Below, piece after piece: positions 1 through 10,146 of a stretch of DNA of 33,453 nucleotides. Positions within the stretch are counted from its first letter, which is position 1. Each line of letters begins with the position of its first letter. The notes under the pieces were generated by a model, which did not search any database, had not been told where the DNA came from, and was given only the letters and a program-made list of their open reading frames with translations. A program made the translations under genes and the position numbers. The DNA is taken from positions 1 through 33,453 of the forward strand of contig CAZWJJ010000002.1 of NCBI GenBank assembly GCA_964634555.1. Reading direction: 5' to 3'. The stretch comes from an uncultured Candidatus Saccharibacteria bacterium. Its GTDB lineage: Bacteria; Patescibacteriota; Minisyncoccia; Phycocordibacterales; UBA12445.

Positions 1-20
1 AAAAATGACAATTCACTATT

Positions 21-103
21 TGTCATTGCGAGGAGTTTACGACGAAGCAATCTCTTTCCGTAACTATAATTACGTAGATTGCTTCATAAAGCTCGCAATG
101 ACA
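21..103. repeat. Nested-palindrome repeat unit (GTCATTGCGAG / GAAGCAATCT ... AGATTGCTTC / CTCGCAATGAC family), copy 1
   Basis: Outer arms tgtcattgcgag (21-32) and ctcgcaatgaca (92-103) are exact reverse complements. Inner arms gaagcaatct (44-53) and agattgcttc (76-85) are also exact reverse complements. The same arms recur at 12033-12153 and 14881-15047. Confidence 0.85.
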
Positions 104-243
104 CTCAATCGTTCTGTTTTGCTTTATTCTCGATTCTCGAGCCGAGTAGAACAAGAAAGGGATTAAATACCCTGTGACTTTGACATGACTTGTGTAAGCG
201 AGGTGAACTTCATGTCCAGTCTTTGCCCTGAGACTAGTACCCT

Positions 244-1743
244 TTATTTGTTTCTCTGACTGCGTTTCTTGGACTCTTCTTGCTCAGCAAGAGATGCTTT
301 GATACGTCTTCTGGCAATGCTTGTTTTAGCATACTCCAGCCATTTGTAGGTCGGTCGACTATTTTCGCGAGCTTGTATTTCTACAATATCGCCATTTTTT
401 ATTTCATGATCAAGAGACATGAACTTGCCATTGATCTTAACGCCTGAAACATGTTCGCCCAGATCAGAGTGAATAGCAAAAGCGAAATCAACAGCCGTTG
501 ATCCTTGGGGTAGCTCGATCACGTCACCTTTTGGTGTAAAGACGAAGATTTGATCTTGGAAAAAATCCATCTGGATGTTTTCCAAGAACTCTTTTGAGCC
601 TTTGACATTTTTTTGCCATTCGATCAGTTGGCTTAACCAGCGAAGTTTTTTGCTCAAAGTACCGCCGGCGTCGGGCTTGCCAAGCTCATCATACGCTAGG
701 TGCGAGGCGATACCATATTCTGCCTCGTTGTGCATTTTTTCGGTTCTTATCTGAATCTCAACAATCTCACCGCTGCCGGTAAAAATAACTGTGTGTATGC
801 TTTGGTAACCGTTGATCTTGGGAATGGCAATATAGTCTTTCAATGTGCTTGGCAGCGGCCGCCATGTGCTATGAATTATTCCAAGAACTCGATAGCAATC
901 CTCGATTGTCGAGACAATTATACGTAGGGCGGCGATATCATGGATCTTTGATACATCCATATTATTCCTCAGTAGTTTTTTATAAAGACTGTAAATATGT
1001 TTGACTCGGAAGTCCGATTTAATTTTTATGATATTTTCTTTGACTAATCTTTTGCGCAAAACCCTCTGAACATCCTCAAGCTGATTTAGGATTTCTTGAT
1101 TTTTAACCTGCAAAATTTTTTTTGTCTGTTCATATTCTTTGGGATAAGCGTAGGGGAATGAGGCATCTTCTAGAGCACCTTTCATTTGTCCCATTCCAAG
1201 TCGATTGGCAACCGGCGCATATATTTCAATAGTTTCAAGAGCAATGCGACGCCTTTTTTCCGGTTTAACATGCTCAAGCGTCATGACATTGTGAAGTCTA
1301 TCGGCGAGTTTGATTAAGACCACACGCACGTCTTTGGCGGTCGCAATAAAAAGTTTTCTCAGGCTTTCAGCATGTCTTTCTATGCCCTGATATCTTATTT
1401 TGCCCAGTTTTGTAACCCCTTGAACAAGGAAAAGAATATCTGACCCGAATTCTTTTAGCAATTGTTCGGGCGTGGTTTTTGTATCTTCAAGCGTGTCATG
1501 CAAAAAACCGGCGGCGATAGTTTGAGGATCTGCTTGCATCTCGGCGAGATTAAAGGCCGTTCCGATAAGATGCACCAAATATGGTTCGCCAGAGAATCTT
1601 TTTTGATCTTTGTGCGCTTCTTTTGCGAAATCATGGGCTTTTTGAACAAGAGCAACATCTTCCGGCCCACGCGAGATCATTAGATCTAAAATTTCTACCA
1701 ATGTTGCGTTACTGCCATCATTTTTTTTATTTTGATTTTCCAT
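244..1743 (-). CDS. rel: Bifunctional (p)ppGpp synthetase/hydrolase, RelA/SpoT (Rel) family
   Basis: 499-aa ORF. HD hydrolase motif HDTLEDT, synthetase blocks (FRVKHIYSLYKKL, DYIAIPKINGYQSIHT, EIQIRTEKMH) and a TGS-like C-terminus (VFTPKGDVIELPQGSTAVDFAFAIH). The start overlaps the topA stop by 17 nt. Confidence 0.9.
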   Translation of the reverse strand: MENQNKKNDGSNATLVEILDLMISRGPEDVALVQKAHDFAKEAHKDQKRFSGEPYLVHLIGTAFNLAEMQADPQTIAAGFLHDTLEDTKTTPEQLLKEFGSDILFLVQGVTKLGKIRYQGIERHAESLRKLFIATAKDVRVVLIKLADRLHNVMTLEHVKPEKRRRIALETIEIYAPVANRLGMGQMKGALEDASFPYAYPKEYEQTKKILQVKNQEILNQLEDVQRVLRKRLVKENIIKIKSDFRVKHIYSLYKKLLRNNMDVSKIHDIAALRIIVSTIEDCYRVLGIIHSTWRPLPSTLKDYIAIPKINGYQSIHTVIFTGSGEIVEIQIRTEKMHNEAEYGIASHLAYDELGKPDAGGTLSKKLRWLSQLIEWQKNVKGSKEFLENIQMDFFQDQIFVFTPKGDVIELPQGSTAVDFAFAIHSDLGEHVSGVKINGKFMSLDHEIKNGDIVEIQARENSRPTYKWLEYAKTSIARRRIKASLAEQEESKKRSQRNK

Positions 1744-3931
1744 TCTTTTCTTCTAATTTTTGAGGGTTATGGTTTGGACAAGTTTTATCACTGCATCGCT
1801 CGCCTATGGTTTTGGTGCCTGCCATCATGAGATGAATACACGGGCCATTTTCTCGAGGATAACCGCAGATCTTGCCGTTTGGTTTGGCTTTGATGATATG
1901 TTTGCATTCAGGATAGTTTGAGCATCCATAGAAAACGCCAAATCTTCCGCGTTTCTCAACCATTTCGCCTTTCTTGCATATTGGACATTTTACGCCAGTA
2001 CCGTTCTTGGCTAGCATGGCCGCTTCATCTTTTTTAATATATTTACATTTTGGATAGTTGTCGCAGGAGATGAATTTTCCAAATCTACCTTCGCGCTCTA
2101 CAAGTTTGCCTTTTTTGCATTCCGGACAGTCTTCCCCGGTTTCCCTTGGCCCAGCTAATTCCACACCCTCCATTGTTCGTGCGCCCTTGCATTCCGGGAA
2201 TTTCGCGCAAGATAAGAAACGGCCGGTTCTACCCAGCTTAATTATCATAGGTCCGCCACAGATCGGGCATTTCATATCCGATGGCGCTTCGCCCATGTTT
2301 GTAACCTTGGTCATGTCGTCTTTTTCTTTAACTAATTTTTGGAAAGGCCCGTAGAATGTTTTGAGGGTTTTTGTGTAATCCTTCTTTCCCTCGGCAATGT
2401 CATCTAGGTCTTCTTCCATTTGAGCAGTAAAAGAATCACTTATGATGTTGGTAAAATTATTTTCTAGAAAAGTACTGACCACATCGCCGGTATCCGTTGG
2501 AATGAGAGTTTTGTTTTCTTTATTAACATAGCCCCTAGTTTGAATAGTTTGAAGAATGGAAGCAAAAGTGCTCGGACGTCCAATGCCTCTTTTTTCCAGT
2601 TCTTTTATAAGGCCGGCTTCACTATATCTATTTGGCGGCTCAGTTTGCTTCTCTTCCGATCTCATCTCGATAAGTTGCAATTTATCTCCGACCTCAAGTT
2701 TTGGCAATTCCACTTCCTCGCCTCGCGCGGCCGGATCCGCCAATAGCCAGCCAGGGCTTAATGTTCGCGAGCCGTTAACATTGAAATTCGGAATCGAACG
2801 GCTTTCGATATTGGAAACGATTTTTGTTTTTAGAATTGAGGCGTCTTTCATTTGGCTGGCTACTGTTCTTTGCCAGATCAATCTGTAAAGCTTTTGTTCC
2901 TCCTCATTTTTGCCGAGATTTTCGTAAAGAGAGTTTGTCGGTCTAATAGCTTCATGTGCTTCTTGAGCGTTTTTGACTCGGCTTTTATAGGCGCGGGATT
3001 CATAAAGTTCCTCTCCAAATTTTTTGATAACCATCAACTTAATATTCGTCATAGCTTCGGCTCCCAGATTTGTGCTGTCGGTTCTCATGTAAGAGATATA
3101 TCCTTCTTCGTAAAGTTTTTGAGCGATTCGCATTGTCCTACTAGGGGAGAACCCATATCTTGAGCTCGCGCTCTGCTGAAGGGTTGATGTTGTGAATGGT
3201 GCCTTAGGGTGCCGCGCGGCTTTATCTTCCTTGATCTCTGTTATAATCCATTGCCCCTTGTTGCCCTGTGAAAGAATTTTATCGCTTTCTTCTTTGTTGT
3301 CGGGCTCAATTTCGCATTTTGAAGTGATGATTTCCCCCTTTTTTGTTTTTGTTTCAGCGCTAATGACAAAAAAAGTTTTTGGTATGAATGCCCGTATCTC
3401 GCGTTCGCGTTCCATGATGATTCTAAGTGCTGGTGACTGCACACGGCCAGCAGATAAACCGTAGCGAACTTTTTTCCATATCAAACCTGAAAGATCATAG
3501 CCTACGAGGCGGTCTAAAATCCTTCTCGCTTCCTGGGCCTTGCGCAAATTTTCGTCTATATCCCGCGGATGCTGGATCGCTTCCTTAAGAGCACGTTCGG
3601 TTATTTCGTGGAAGACCACTCTTTTTGGATTTTTTAAATTGGCAGCTTCTTTTATATGCCAGGCAATTGCTTCACCTTCACGATCAGGGTCGGTGGCAAG
3701 CAGAACTTCATCTGATTTTTTGGATAGACTTTTTATTTCCGAAACGACGTGCTCTTTACCTTTGCTAATTTCATAATGAGGAAAAAATCCGGTTTAAATT
3801 TCGACTGTTTTTTTGTTGCTTTTTGGCAGATCTAGAATGTGTCCTATACTTGCAACAACCTTATATTTTCCGTCCAAATACTTAGAAATTGTCTTGGCTT
3901 TGGCTGGTGATTCGACAATTAATAACTTCAT
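1727..3931 (-). CDS. topA: DNA topoisomerase I, interrupted by an in-frame TAA at 3794-3796 (minus-strand codon 46)
   Basis: The minus strand from ATG 3931 reads [19 protein letters not shown]... (Toprim), then TAA, then continues in the same frame through [13 protein letters not shown] into the 630-aa ORF 1727-3619. The C-terminus has several CxxC...CxxC zinc ribbons. Confidence 0.9.
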
Positions 3932-4000
3932 ACGTTTAATATACTATAGTCACCTTTTAAGATTTATGTCAAATAAAGTTTATTTTTAGCATCTTTAAAT

Positions 4001-4867
4001 TTAAAAAACTCTTTGTATTTTTCCGCCCAGCTCCTTGATCAACCCCTTGATCTCCATCATTGATAAAATGATATTGATCTCGCTGACCTTTATTACTGAT
4101 TCACGAACCAATTCATCCTTGGTTAGTGCCTCGACGGTAAGCAGTTCTAGAATCTTATTTTCATTATCCGAAAGCAAGTTTGTGTCGATTGTTTTTTCAT
4201 TTTTGATCCGCGGAATTAACAGCGCCTCAAGAAGATCATCGCCGGAGGTTATTGGGGTTGCGCCTTGTCTGATGAGACGATTTGTTCCGGCGGAATTTAA
4301 GGAAAAGATCGAACCGGGGACGGCCAAGAGATCGCGGTTGTATTCAATCGCCAGTCGGGCAGTTATAAGCGTGCCGGATTTTTCTTGCGCCTCTATAACT
4401 AGTATTGCGCGCGAGATGCCAGCCATGATTCTATTGCGTGCCGGAAAGGTATAGAGCGCAGCGGGTTTTAGCGGTGGCAATTCGGAAAGAAGAGCGCCAC
4501 CAGACCGGACGATTTCGTCGGCTAGACCGATGTTGGAATGAGGATAGATGACCTTTCGATCAAGACCTGATCCTGGGACAGCGATAGTTTTGAGTCCAGC
4601 ATCAAGAGCAGCCTTATGAGCAATAGTATCCATACCAAGTGCTAATCCGGAAACGATGGCAACTTTTTCACCGTGAAGGCTGCTAATAATTTTTTCACAG
4701 GCTTCTTTGCCATATGTGGAGAATTTTCGCGATCCGACAACTGTGAGGAAAATGTAATCTTCGTCCGGCCAGGCACCTTCTAAATACAGCTCTTTGGGCG
4801 GCTGAGGAATTTCCAAAAGCGCTGGCGGAAAATCTTCTGGTTCTAATTTTCGAATCGGATCAATCAT
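4001..4867 (-). CDS. dprA: DNA processing protein DprA/Smf
   Basis: 288 aa. DprA core motifs VSGLALGMDTIAHKAALDAG, TIAVPGSGLD and GGALLSE. Lies immediately upstream of topA, a common synteny. Confidence 0.85.
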   Translation of the reverse strand: MIDPIRKLEPEDFPPALLEIPQPPKELYLEGAWPDEDYIFLTVVGSRKFSTYGKEACEKIISSLHGEKVAIVSGLALGMDTIAHKAALDAGLKTIAVPGSGLDRKVIYPHSNIGLADEIVRSGGALLSELPPLKPAALYTFPARNRIMAGISRAILVIEAQEKSGTLITARLAIEYNRDLLAVPGSIFSLNSAGTNRLIRQGATPITSGDDLLEALLIPRIKNEKTIDTNLLSDNENKILELLTVEALTKDELVRESVIKVSEINIILSMMEIKGLIKELGGKIQRVF

Positions 4868-4921
4868 TTTGCCATGTTAACACAATTTTATTTATTTAAT
4901 GAAATCTGCTAAGATTAGATC

Positions 4922-6184
4922 ATGTTAGACATAAAATTTATTCGAGAAAATTCGGACTTGATCAAAGAGGCGGCCAGAAAAAAACAGATCGATTTCGATG
5001 TAATGAAATTATTGGAGATTGATAAGGAAAGAATTTCTTTAATGACCGAGATTGAAAAAATGCGCGCACGTCAGAATTCAGTTAGTCAGGAGATTACAAA
5101 TGCATCATCGGAAAGTCGATCTGAATTGATTGAAAGTATGAAGGTGATGAAGGAGACTATGCAAAAGCAGGAAGAAGTTTTAGTTGGCGTAATGAAAAAG
5201 TGGCGTGATTTGATGCTTGCTGTTCCAAATATACCAGATATGTCCGTCCCTGAGGGTTCAAGCGATGCTGATAATCAGGAATTGAAAACATGGGGCGAGA
5301 TTCCAAAACTCGATTTTGAGCCAAAACATCATTTGGATATTATGAAGGCGCTGGATATTGCCGATGCGGAACGCGGTGTGAAAGTTGCCGGCTTTAGAGG
5401 GTATTTTTTGAAAAATGACGGACTACTTTTGTCGATGGCGATCTGGCAACTTTGCATGGATATTCTAACTAAGCGTGGCTATTCACCAATAGGCACGCCT
5501 TCAGTAGTTAAACCCGATCCTCTATATGGCACCGGATATCTTCCAGCCGGAGCAGAGGATTTGTATAAAACACAGGATGAGACATATTTAGCCGGAACTT
5601 CCGAAGTTCCAACTATGGCTTTTTATATGGATGAAATTTTAGATCAATCTCAACTACCTAAAAAATTCGTAGCTTTTTCTCCGTGCTATCGAAGAGAGGC
5701 TGGAAGCCACGGTAAGGATACAAAGGGATTGATACGTGTGCATGAATTTTACAAAGTTGAACAGGTTGTATTGTGTGAGGCATCACATGAAGAAAGCGTC
5801 AAATGGCATGAAGAGCTGTTAAAAAACGCCGAAGATATTATGCAGGCACTGAAATTGCCGTATCGAGTGGTGGTTAATTGTGGCGGAGATTTGGGCCAGG
5901 GCCAGGTTAAAAAATACGATATTGAAGCTTGGGTGCCAAGTGAAAATAAATATCGCGAAACTCACTCAATCTCTTATTTCCACGATTTTCAGAATAGGAG
6001 ATTTAATATCCGCTATAAAGATAAGGATGGCAAGATGCGTTTTGCACATTCTTTAAATGGTACGGCGGCGGCTACGCCAAGATTGCTTGTTTCAATAATT
6101 GAGAATTATCAGAATGAAGACGGTTCTGTAACTGTTCCGGATTGCCTGCGAAAATATCTCGGCAAGGATAAAATTGGCGGATAA
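4922..6184 (+). CDS. serS: Seryl-tRNA synthetase
   Basis: 420 aa. N-terminal coiled-coil arm and class II core (FSPCYRREAGSHGKDTKGLIRVHEF, SLNGTAAATPRLL). Confidence 0.93.
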   Translation: MLDIKFIRENSDLIKEAARKKQIDFDVMKLLEIDKERISLMTEIEKMRARQNSVSQEITNASSESRSELIESMKVMKETMQKQEEVLVGVMKKWRDLMLAVPNIPDMSVPEGSSDADNQELKTWGEIPKLDFEPKHHLDIMKALDIADAERGVKVAGFRGYFLKNDGLLLSMAIWQLCMDILTKRGYSPIGTPSVVKPDPLYGTGYLPAGAEDLYKTQDETYLAGTSEVPTMAFYMDEILDQSQLPKKFVAFSPCYRREAGSHGKDTKGLIRVHEFYKVEQVVLCEASHEESVKWHEELLKNAEDIMQALKLPYRVVVNCGGDLGQGQVKKYDIEAWVPSENKYRETHSISYFHDFQNRRFNIRYKDKDGKMRFAHSLNGTAAATPRLLVSIIENYQNEDGSVTVPDCLRKYLGKDKIGG

Positions 6185-6207
6185 AAGTTGTGTGGGCTGT
6201 ATTGATC

Positions 6208-6256
6208 AGCAAGGCAATCTCCAGAATTAAAGCAGAGATTCGTAGCTTTGCTTTTG
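6208..6256 (+). terminator. Possible imperfect hairpin terminator after serS
   Basis: aatctc (6216-6221) pairs with gagatt (6235-6240). The stem is extended by agcaaggc and gctttgct with a bulge, followed by a short T run (cttttg). Weak. Confidence 0.3.
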
Positions 6257-6268
6257 AAGTAACCACTT

Positions 6269-7126
6269 ATGGAGATAAACCGCGAAGTTTTAAAATCAAC
6301 AGAAAGAATTAGACGGAGAAAATTCTCTTACGCGCTTTCATGTTTGGCTATTTTTGTATCCGCTATTTTTGCTGTTACAAACTATTTAACGCATTTTGAC
6401 CGTTTGTATCTTAAGAAGGTGTATGTTTCAGGCAATAGAGAGATAAATTCTGATTTAATCTTTGGCATTGTAGAAAAAAACCTAGACGGAAAATATTACG
6501 GCATCTATCCGAAAAATAATCTTTTGATTTATCCTAAAAAAGAGATTGAAAATGCATTGGAGAATTCTTTATCATGGATCGCTAGAGCTGACGTTACCGC
6601 CACATTCGGGTCTATTTCTGTGAATATTATGGAACGTGAACCGAAATATTTCTGGTGTGATGACCAATCAAAACCATCAATCGAGCATGTTTGTTATTAT
6701 GTTGATGAAAACGGTTATGTGTTTGATCTGGCCCCAAAATTTTCTGATCATATATATTTTGAATTTTATGGCGGAACCAAGCGAAGTGGTTTTATGAGGG
6801 CGCAGATTTTACCGGTGGAAACTTTGCGCAAGATTGTTTCTCTTAAAGACTCTTTAAATACCATTATATTGCAGAGCGGCTTGCTTGTTGGAAAAATTTA
6901 TGGTTTGTATATTTATAATAATGGCGACTACGATTTTTTAGTTGATAATAAGGGGCATGATTGGAAGATAAATTTTAATCTTACTACCGATGCAGATAAA
7001 AAATACAAGGCAATTTTAGAATCTCCGGCATTTATTAAGGAGCTGAGCACCACAGATAAATTTCTTGAATATATAGATCTTAGATTCGGCAAAAAGGTTT
7101 TTTATAAATTTGGCCAGAATATTTAA
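6269..7126 (+). CDS. FtsQ/DivIB-like cell division protein (TM anchor plus POTRA-like domain)
   Basis: 285 aa. N-terminal TM helix (YALSCLAIFVSAIFAVTNYL) followed by LKKVYVSGNREINSDLIFGIVEKNL, typical of a POTRA_1 start. Divergent. Confidence 0.55.
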   Translation: MEINREVLKSTERIRRRKFSYALSCLAIFVSAIFAVTNYLTHFDRLYLKKVYVSGNREINSDLIFGIVEKNLDGKYYGIYPKNNLLIYPKKEIENALENSLSWIARADVTATFGSISVNIMEREPKYFWCDDQSKPSIEHVCYYVDENGYVFDLAPKFSDHIYFEFYGGTKRSGFMRAQILPVETLRKIVSLKDSLNTIILQSGLLVGKIYGLYIYNNGDYDFLVDNKGHDWKINFNLTTDADKKYKAILESPAFIKELSTTDKFLEYIDLRFGKKVFYKFGQNI

Positions 7127-7198
7127 TGATTATTGATTAAATGAGGCCGCGAGACAGGCTTCTTGTTTTGAATGATGATATCTGATATTGTCAAATGA

Positions 7199-8218
7199 AT
7201 GAAAAAGGGTTTTTGGACAAAAATGAAAAAGCCTATCTTGGCATTGGCGCCAATGGCTGATGTTACTGATGCGGCATTTAGACAGATTATAGCTAAATAT
7301 GGCAAACCAGATGTCATCTGGACAGAATTTGTTTCAGCTGATGGTTTATGTTCTGAGGGAAGAGAAAGATTATTAAAAGATTTAAAATTTTCAGAAACTG
7401 AACGACCAATTGTAGCTCAATTTTTTGGCGCCAAACCGGAAAATTTTTATAGGTGCGCTGAACTGGCGCAAGAGCTTGGTTTTGATGGAATTGATATCAA
7501 CATGGGCTGTCCGGATCGTTCCATAAATAAACAACGTGCCGGCGCTGATCTTATAAATGATCCGGAGCTGGCAATAAAGATAATAAAAGAAACTCAAAGA
7601 GGTGCTGGTAAATTGCCAGTATCGGTTAAAACTAGAGTAGGTTACAATAAAGAAAATCTTGATGAATGGTTGAAAAATCTTCTTTCCGCCGAACCGGCCG
7701 CGATTACTTTACATGCTAGAACTAAAAAAGAGATGTCGCTTGTGCCGGCAAGATGGGAATTGATCGCTCGGGCCAAAAAAATCGCTGAGGGAACAGATAC
7801 ATTAATAATAGGCAATGGCGATGTAAAAGATTTACATGACGCATATTTTAAAATTTCAGAGAGCGGTGCCGATGGAGCTATGCTTGGCCGTGCCATTTTC
7901 GGCAATCCATGGCTGTTTTCAGAATATAATCGCACTAAGGCAATGAAAGAATTTAATGCGGGGGAGATCGGTGAATTTATCGATCTAAAATTGGAATTAA
8001 ATTTATCCCAAAGATTGAAGGTGATGCTTGAGCATGCGAAACTTTACGATGAACTTTTTCATGGTGTTAAAAACTTCGCTTTAATGAGAAAACATTTTGG
8101 ATCGTACGTCGGTGGTTTTGCGGGTGCGAAAGAGTTGAGAAATAAATTGATGTTGGCTGATAATTCTAAGGATGTGGAACAGATTATTAGGTCATTTTTG
8201 ACTGACATTGACAATTAA
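7199..8218 (+). CDS. dus: tRNA-dihydrouridine synthase
   Basis: 339 aa. LAPMADVTDAAFRQI, FDGIDINMGCP and ITLHARTK motifs of the Dus TIM-barrel family. Confidence 0.9.
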   Translation: MKKGFWTKMKKPILALAPMADVTDAAFRQIIAKYGKPDVIWTEFVSADGLCSEGRERLLKDLKFSETERPIVAQFFGAKPENFYRCAELAQELGFDGIDINMGCPDRSINKQRAGADLINDPELAIKIIKETQRGAGKLPVSVKTRVGYNKENLDEWLKNLLSAEPAAITLHARTKKEMSLVPARWELIARAKKIAEGTDTLIIGNGDVKDLHDAYFKISESGADGAMLGRAIFGNPWLFSEYNRTKAMKEFNAGEIGEFIDLKLELNLSQRLKVMLEHAKLYDELFHGVKNFALMRKHFGSYVGGFAGAKELRNKLMLADNSKDVEQIIRSFLTDIDN

Positions 8219-8280
8219 TAGATTTAAGTGTAATGTTTGGACGGACCTGTATTTTGAAGTAAATTAAAAAGGAGGCCTCA

Positions 8281-8718
8281 ATGATTCAATTTGATCCGCA
8301 GACGGAGCATGTCAATCGTCTGATTGATCCGGACGGGCCGATTGAATGGATCAGTAATGAAGAGGTTGTTGGGCGGCAGAATTTCGAGAATAAAAACAAC
8401 CTCATTATCTGGCATATTGGCCGAATGATGATTCGCCTGTCGACGGGGCTCAATATGCAGATTGATTTTTTGGGGAGAAATGACCCTGGCTTGTTTCCCA
8501 AGACGCGTTTGCTTGTTTTGTCGAATGAGGAGAAGAAATTCAGTGTAGTTAATATTCCCGACCATATTATTGAACAGATTGGGGAATGGAATCCGCCTTC
8601 AAATTTTCCGGTTCCCGATCCTATCACCCAGATTCTTTCACCTGATGGTGGGAAGATTCTTATGCGGGTCGTTGATCCGGTTAAGGGGCCTATTTTGGTA
8701 GTTTATGATACATTGTGA
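8281..8718 (+). CDS. Hypothetical protein (orphan cassette with its own SD and terminator)
   Basis: 145-aa ORF. GGAGG at 8271-8275, 5 nt before the ATG. Followed by a hairpin terminator. G+C visibly above its neighbours. No recognisable motif. Confidence 0.6.
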   Translation: MIQFDPQTEHVNRLIDPDGPIEWISNEEVVGRQNFENKNNLIIWHIGRMMIRLSTGLNMQIDFLGRNDPGLFPKTRLLVLSNEEKKFSVVNIPDHIIEQIGEWNPPSNFPVPDPITQILSPDGGKILMRVVDPVKGPILVVYDTL

Positions 8719-8733
8719 GGACATCTAGTTATA

Positions 8734-8767
8734 CCCGTCGGTTATTTTGACCGGCGGGATTTTTTTT
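8734..8767 (+). terminator. Rho-independent terminator
   Basis: cccgtcgg (8734-8741) pairs with ccggcggg (8751-8758, one G-U pair), followed by a T8 run. Confidence 0.8.
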
Positions 8768-8798
8768 GCAATAATATTGGGGTTAATAAATAGTAACC

Positions 8799-10133
8799 AT
8801 GCATCAAAGATCCAGAAGTAATTTATCTCTCGTTCTCAAAATCATTATGCCGGTGCTTATTTTTGCAGCCGGATTTTATTTTGGCAACCACGGTAATGGT
8901 TCAGAAATTGATAAAGTTACATATATTAGCAATAAACAGCCCACGATTCCTGTTACAGCCGATTTTTCAGAATTTTGGAAAGTTTGGAATATTATAAATG
9001 ATAAGTTTGTTGACACTCATCCGACTTCTACTAACGCAACTTCTTCTCCAAAGATTGTTACAGATGAACAAAAAATTCAAGGAGCGATCGCAGGGCTGGT
9101 TAAATCTCTTGGAGATCCATATACGATCTATATGCCGCCAGAAGAGGCTGCAATGTTTCAGAATGATATAGATGGAAGTTTCCAGGGGGTTGGAATGGAG
9201 GTAGGTATTAAAAATAATATTTTAACTGTTATAGCGCCGCTTGAAGGTACTCCGGCGAAGGCGGCAGGTGTAAGGGCGGGCGATCGTATAGTTAAAATCA
9301 ACGGCGGATCAACGGCGGATATGTCAGTGGAAGAAGCTGTGAAGAAGATCCGTGGTCCTAAGGGTACATATGTCACCTTATCCTTGATTAGAGATGGAGA
9401 AAAAAATGCCCTAGACATAAAGGTTGTTCGAGCTGTTATTACAATTCCAGTTATGGATATTGGTGATCTGAAATCAGTAAATAAAGAGGGAAATTTGACC
9501 AATGGCAAGGGCGGTACAGTAACAGATTCGAGTAATACTGGACTTAGAAGCGATGGGGTTTTTGTAATGAGACTATATAATTTCTCAGCTCCATCACCAG
9601 ATTTCTTCCGTGAGGCTTTGAAAAAATTTGAGGCATCAAAATCTGATAAGTTACTCCTTGATCTTCGAGGCAACCCTGGTGGTTTCCTTGATGCCGCTGT
9701 TGAGATGGCTAGTTGGTTTCTGCCATCGGATAAGGTTGTGGTTAGGGAGATTGTAAGCAAGGATGGGCAAGAGATGACTCATTACAGCAAGGGGTACAAT
9801 ATATTTAATAGTAACCTCAAGATGGTGATCCTTATAGATAAGGGCAGTGCATCAGCTTCCGAAATTTTGGCTGGCGCGCTTCACGAAAATGGAGTGGCTA
9901 AACTTATAGGCGAACAGAGTTTTGGCAAGGGATCAGTACAAGAGTTGGTTAATGTTACGCCCGATAGCTTTATTAAGGTTACAATTGCCAAGTGGTTGAC
10001 TCCGAATCGAAATTGGATATCATTTAAGGGCTTAACTCCAGACATCGTAGTGCCTATAACTGATGGTGATCTGAAGGCAGGCAAGGATCCGCAATTCGAT
10101 AGAGCGATCCAATATTTATTAACAGGAAAATAG
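8799..10133 (+). CDS. ctpA: C-terminal processing peptidase, S41 family with PDZ domain
   Basis: 444 aa. N-terminal TM, PDZ (GTPAKAAGVRAGDRIVKING), and S41 motifs LDLRGNPGGFL and DKGSASASEILAGAL. Confidence 0.88.
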   Translation: MHQRSRSNLSLVLKIIMPVLIFAAGFYFGNHGNGSEIDKVTYISNKQPTIPVTADFSEFWKVWNIINDKFVDTHPTSTNATSSPKIVTDEQKIQGAIAGLVKSLGDPYTIYMPPEEAAMFQNDIDGSFQGVGMEVGIKNNILTVIAPLEGTPAKAAGVRAGDRIVKINGGSTADMSVEEAVKKIRGPKGTYVTLSLIRDGEKNALDIKVVRAVITIPVMDIGDLKSVNKEGNLTNGKGGTVTDSSNTGLRSDGVFVMRLYNFSAPSPDFFREALKKFEASKSDKLLLDLRGNPGGFLDAAVEMASWFLPSDKVVVREIVSKDGQEMTHYSKGYNIFNSNLKMVILIDKGSASASEILAGALHENGVAKLIGEQSFGKGSVQELVNVTPDSFIKVTIAKWLTPNRNWISFKGLTPDIVVPITDGDLKAGKDPQFDRAIQYLLTGK

Positions 10134-10146
10134 GATAGATACTCAA

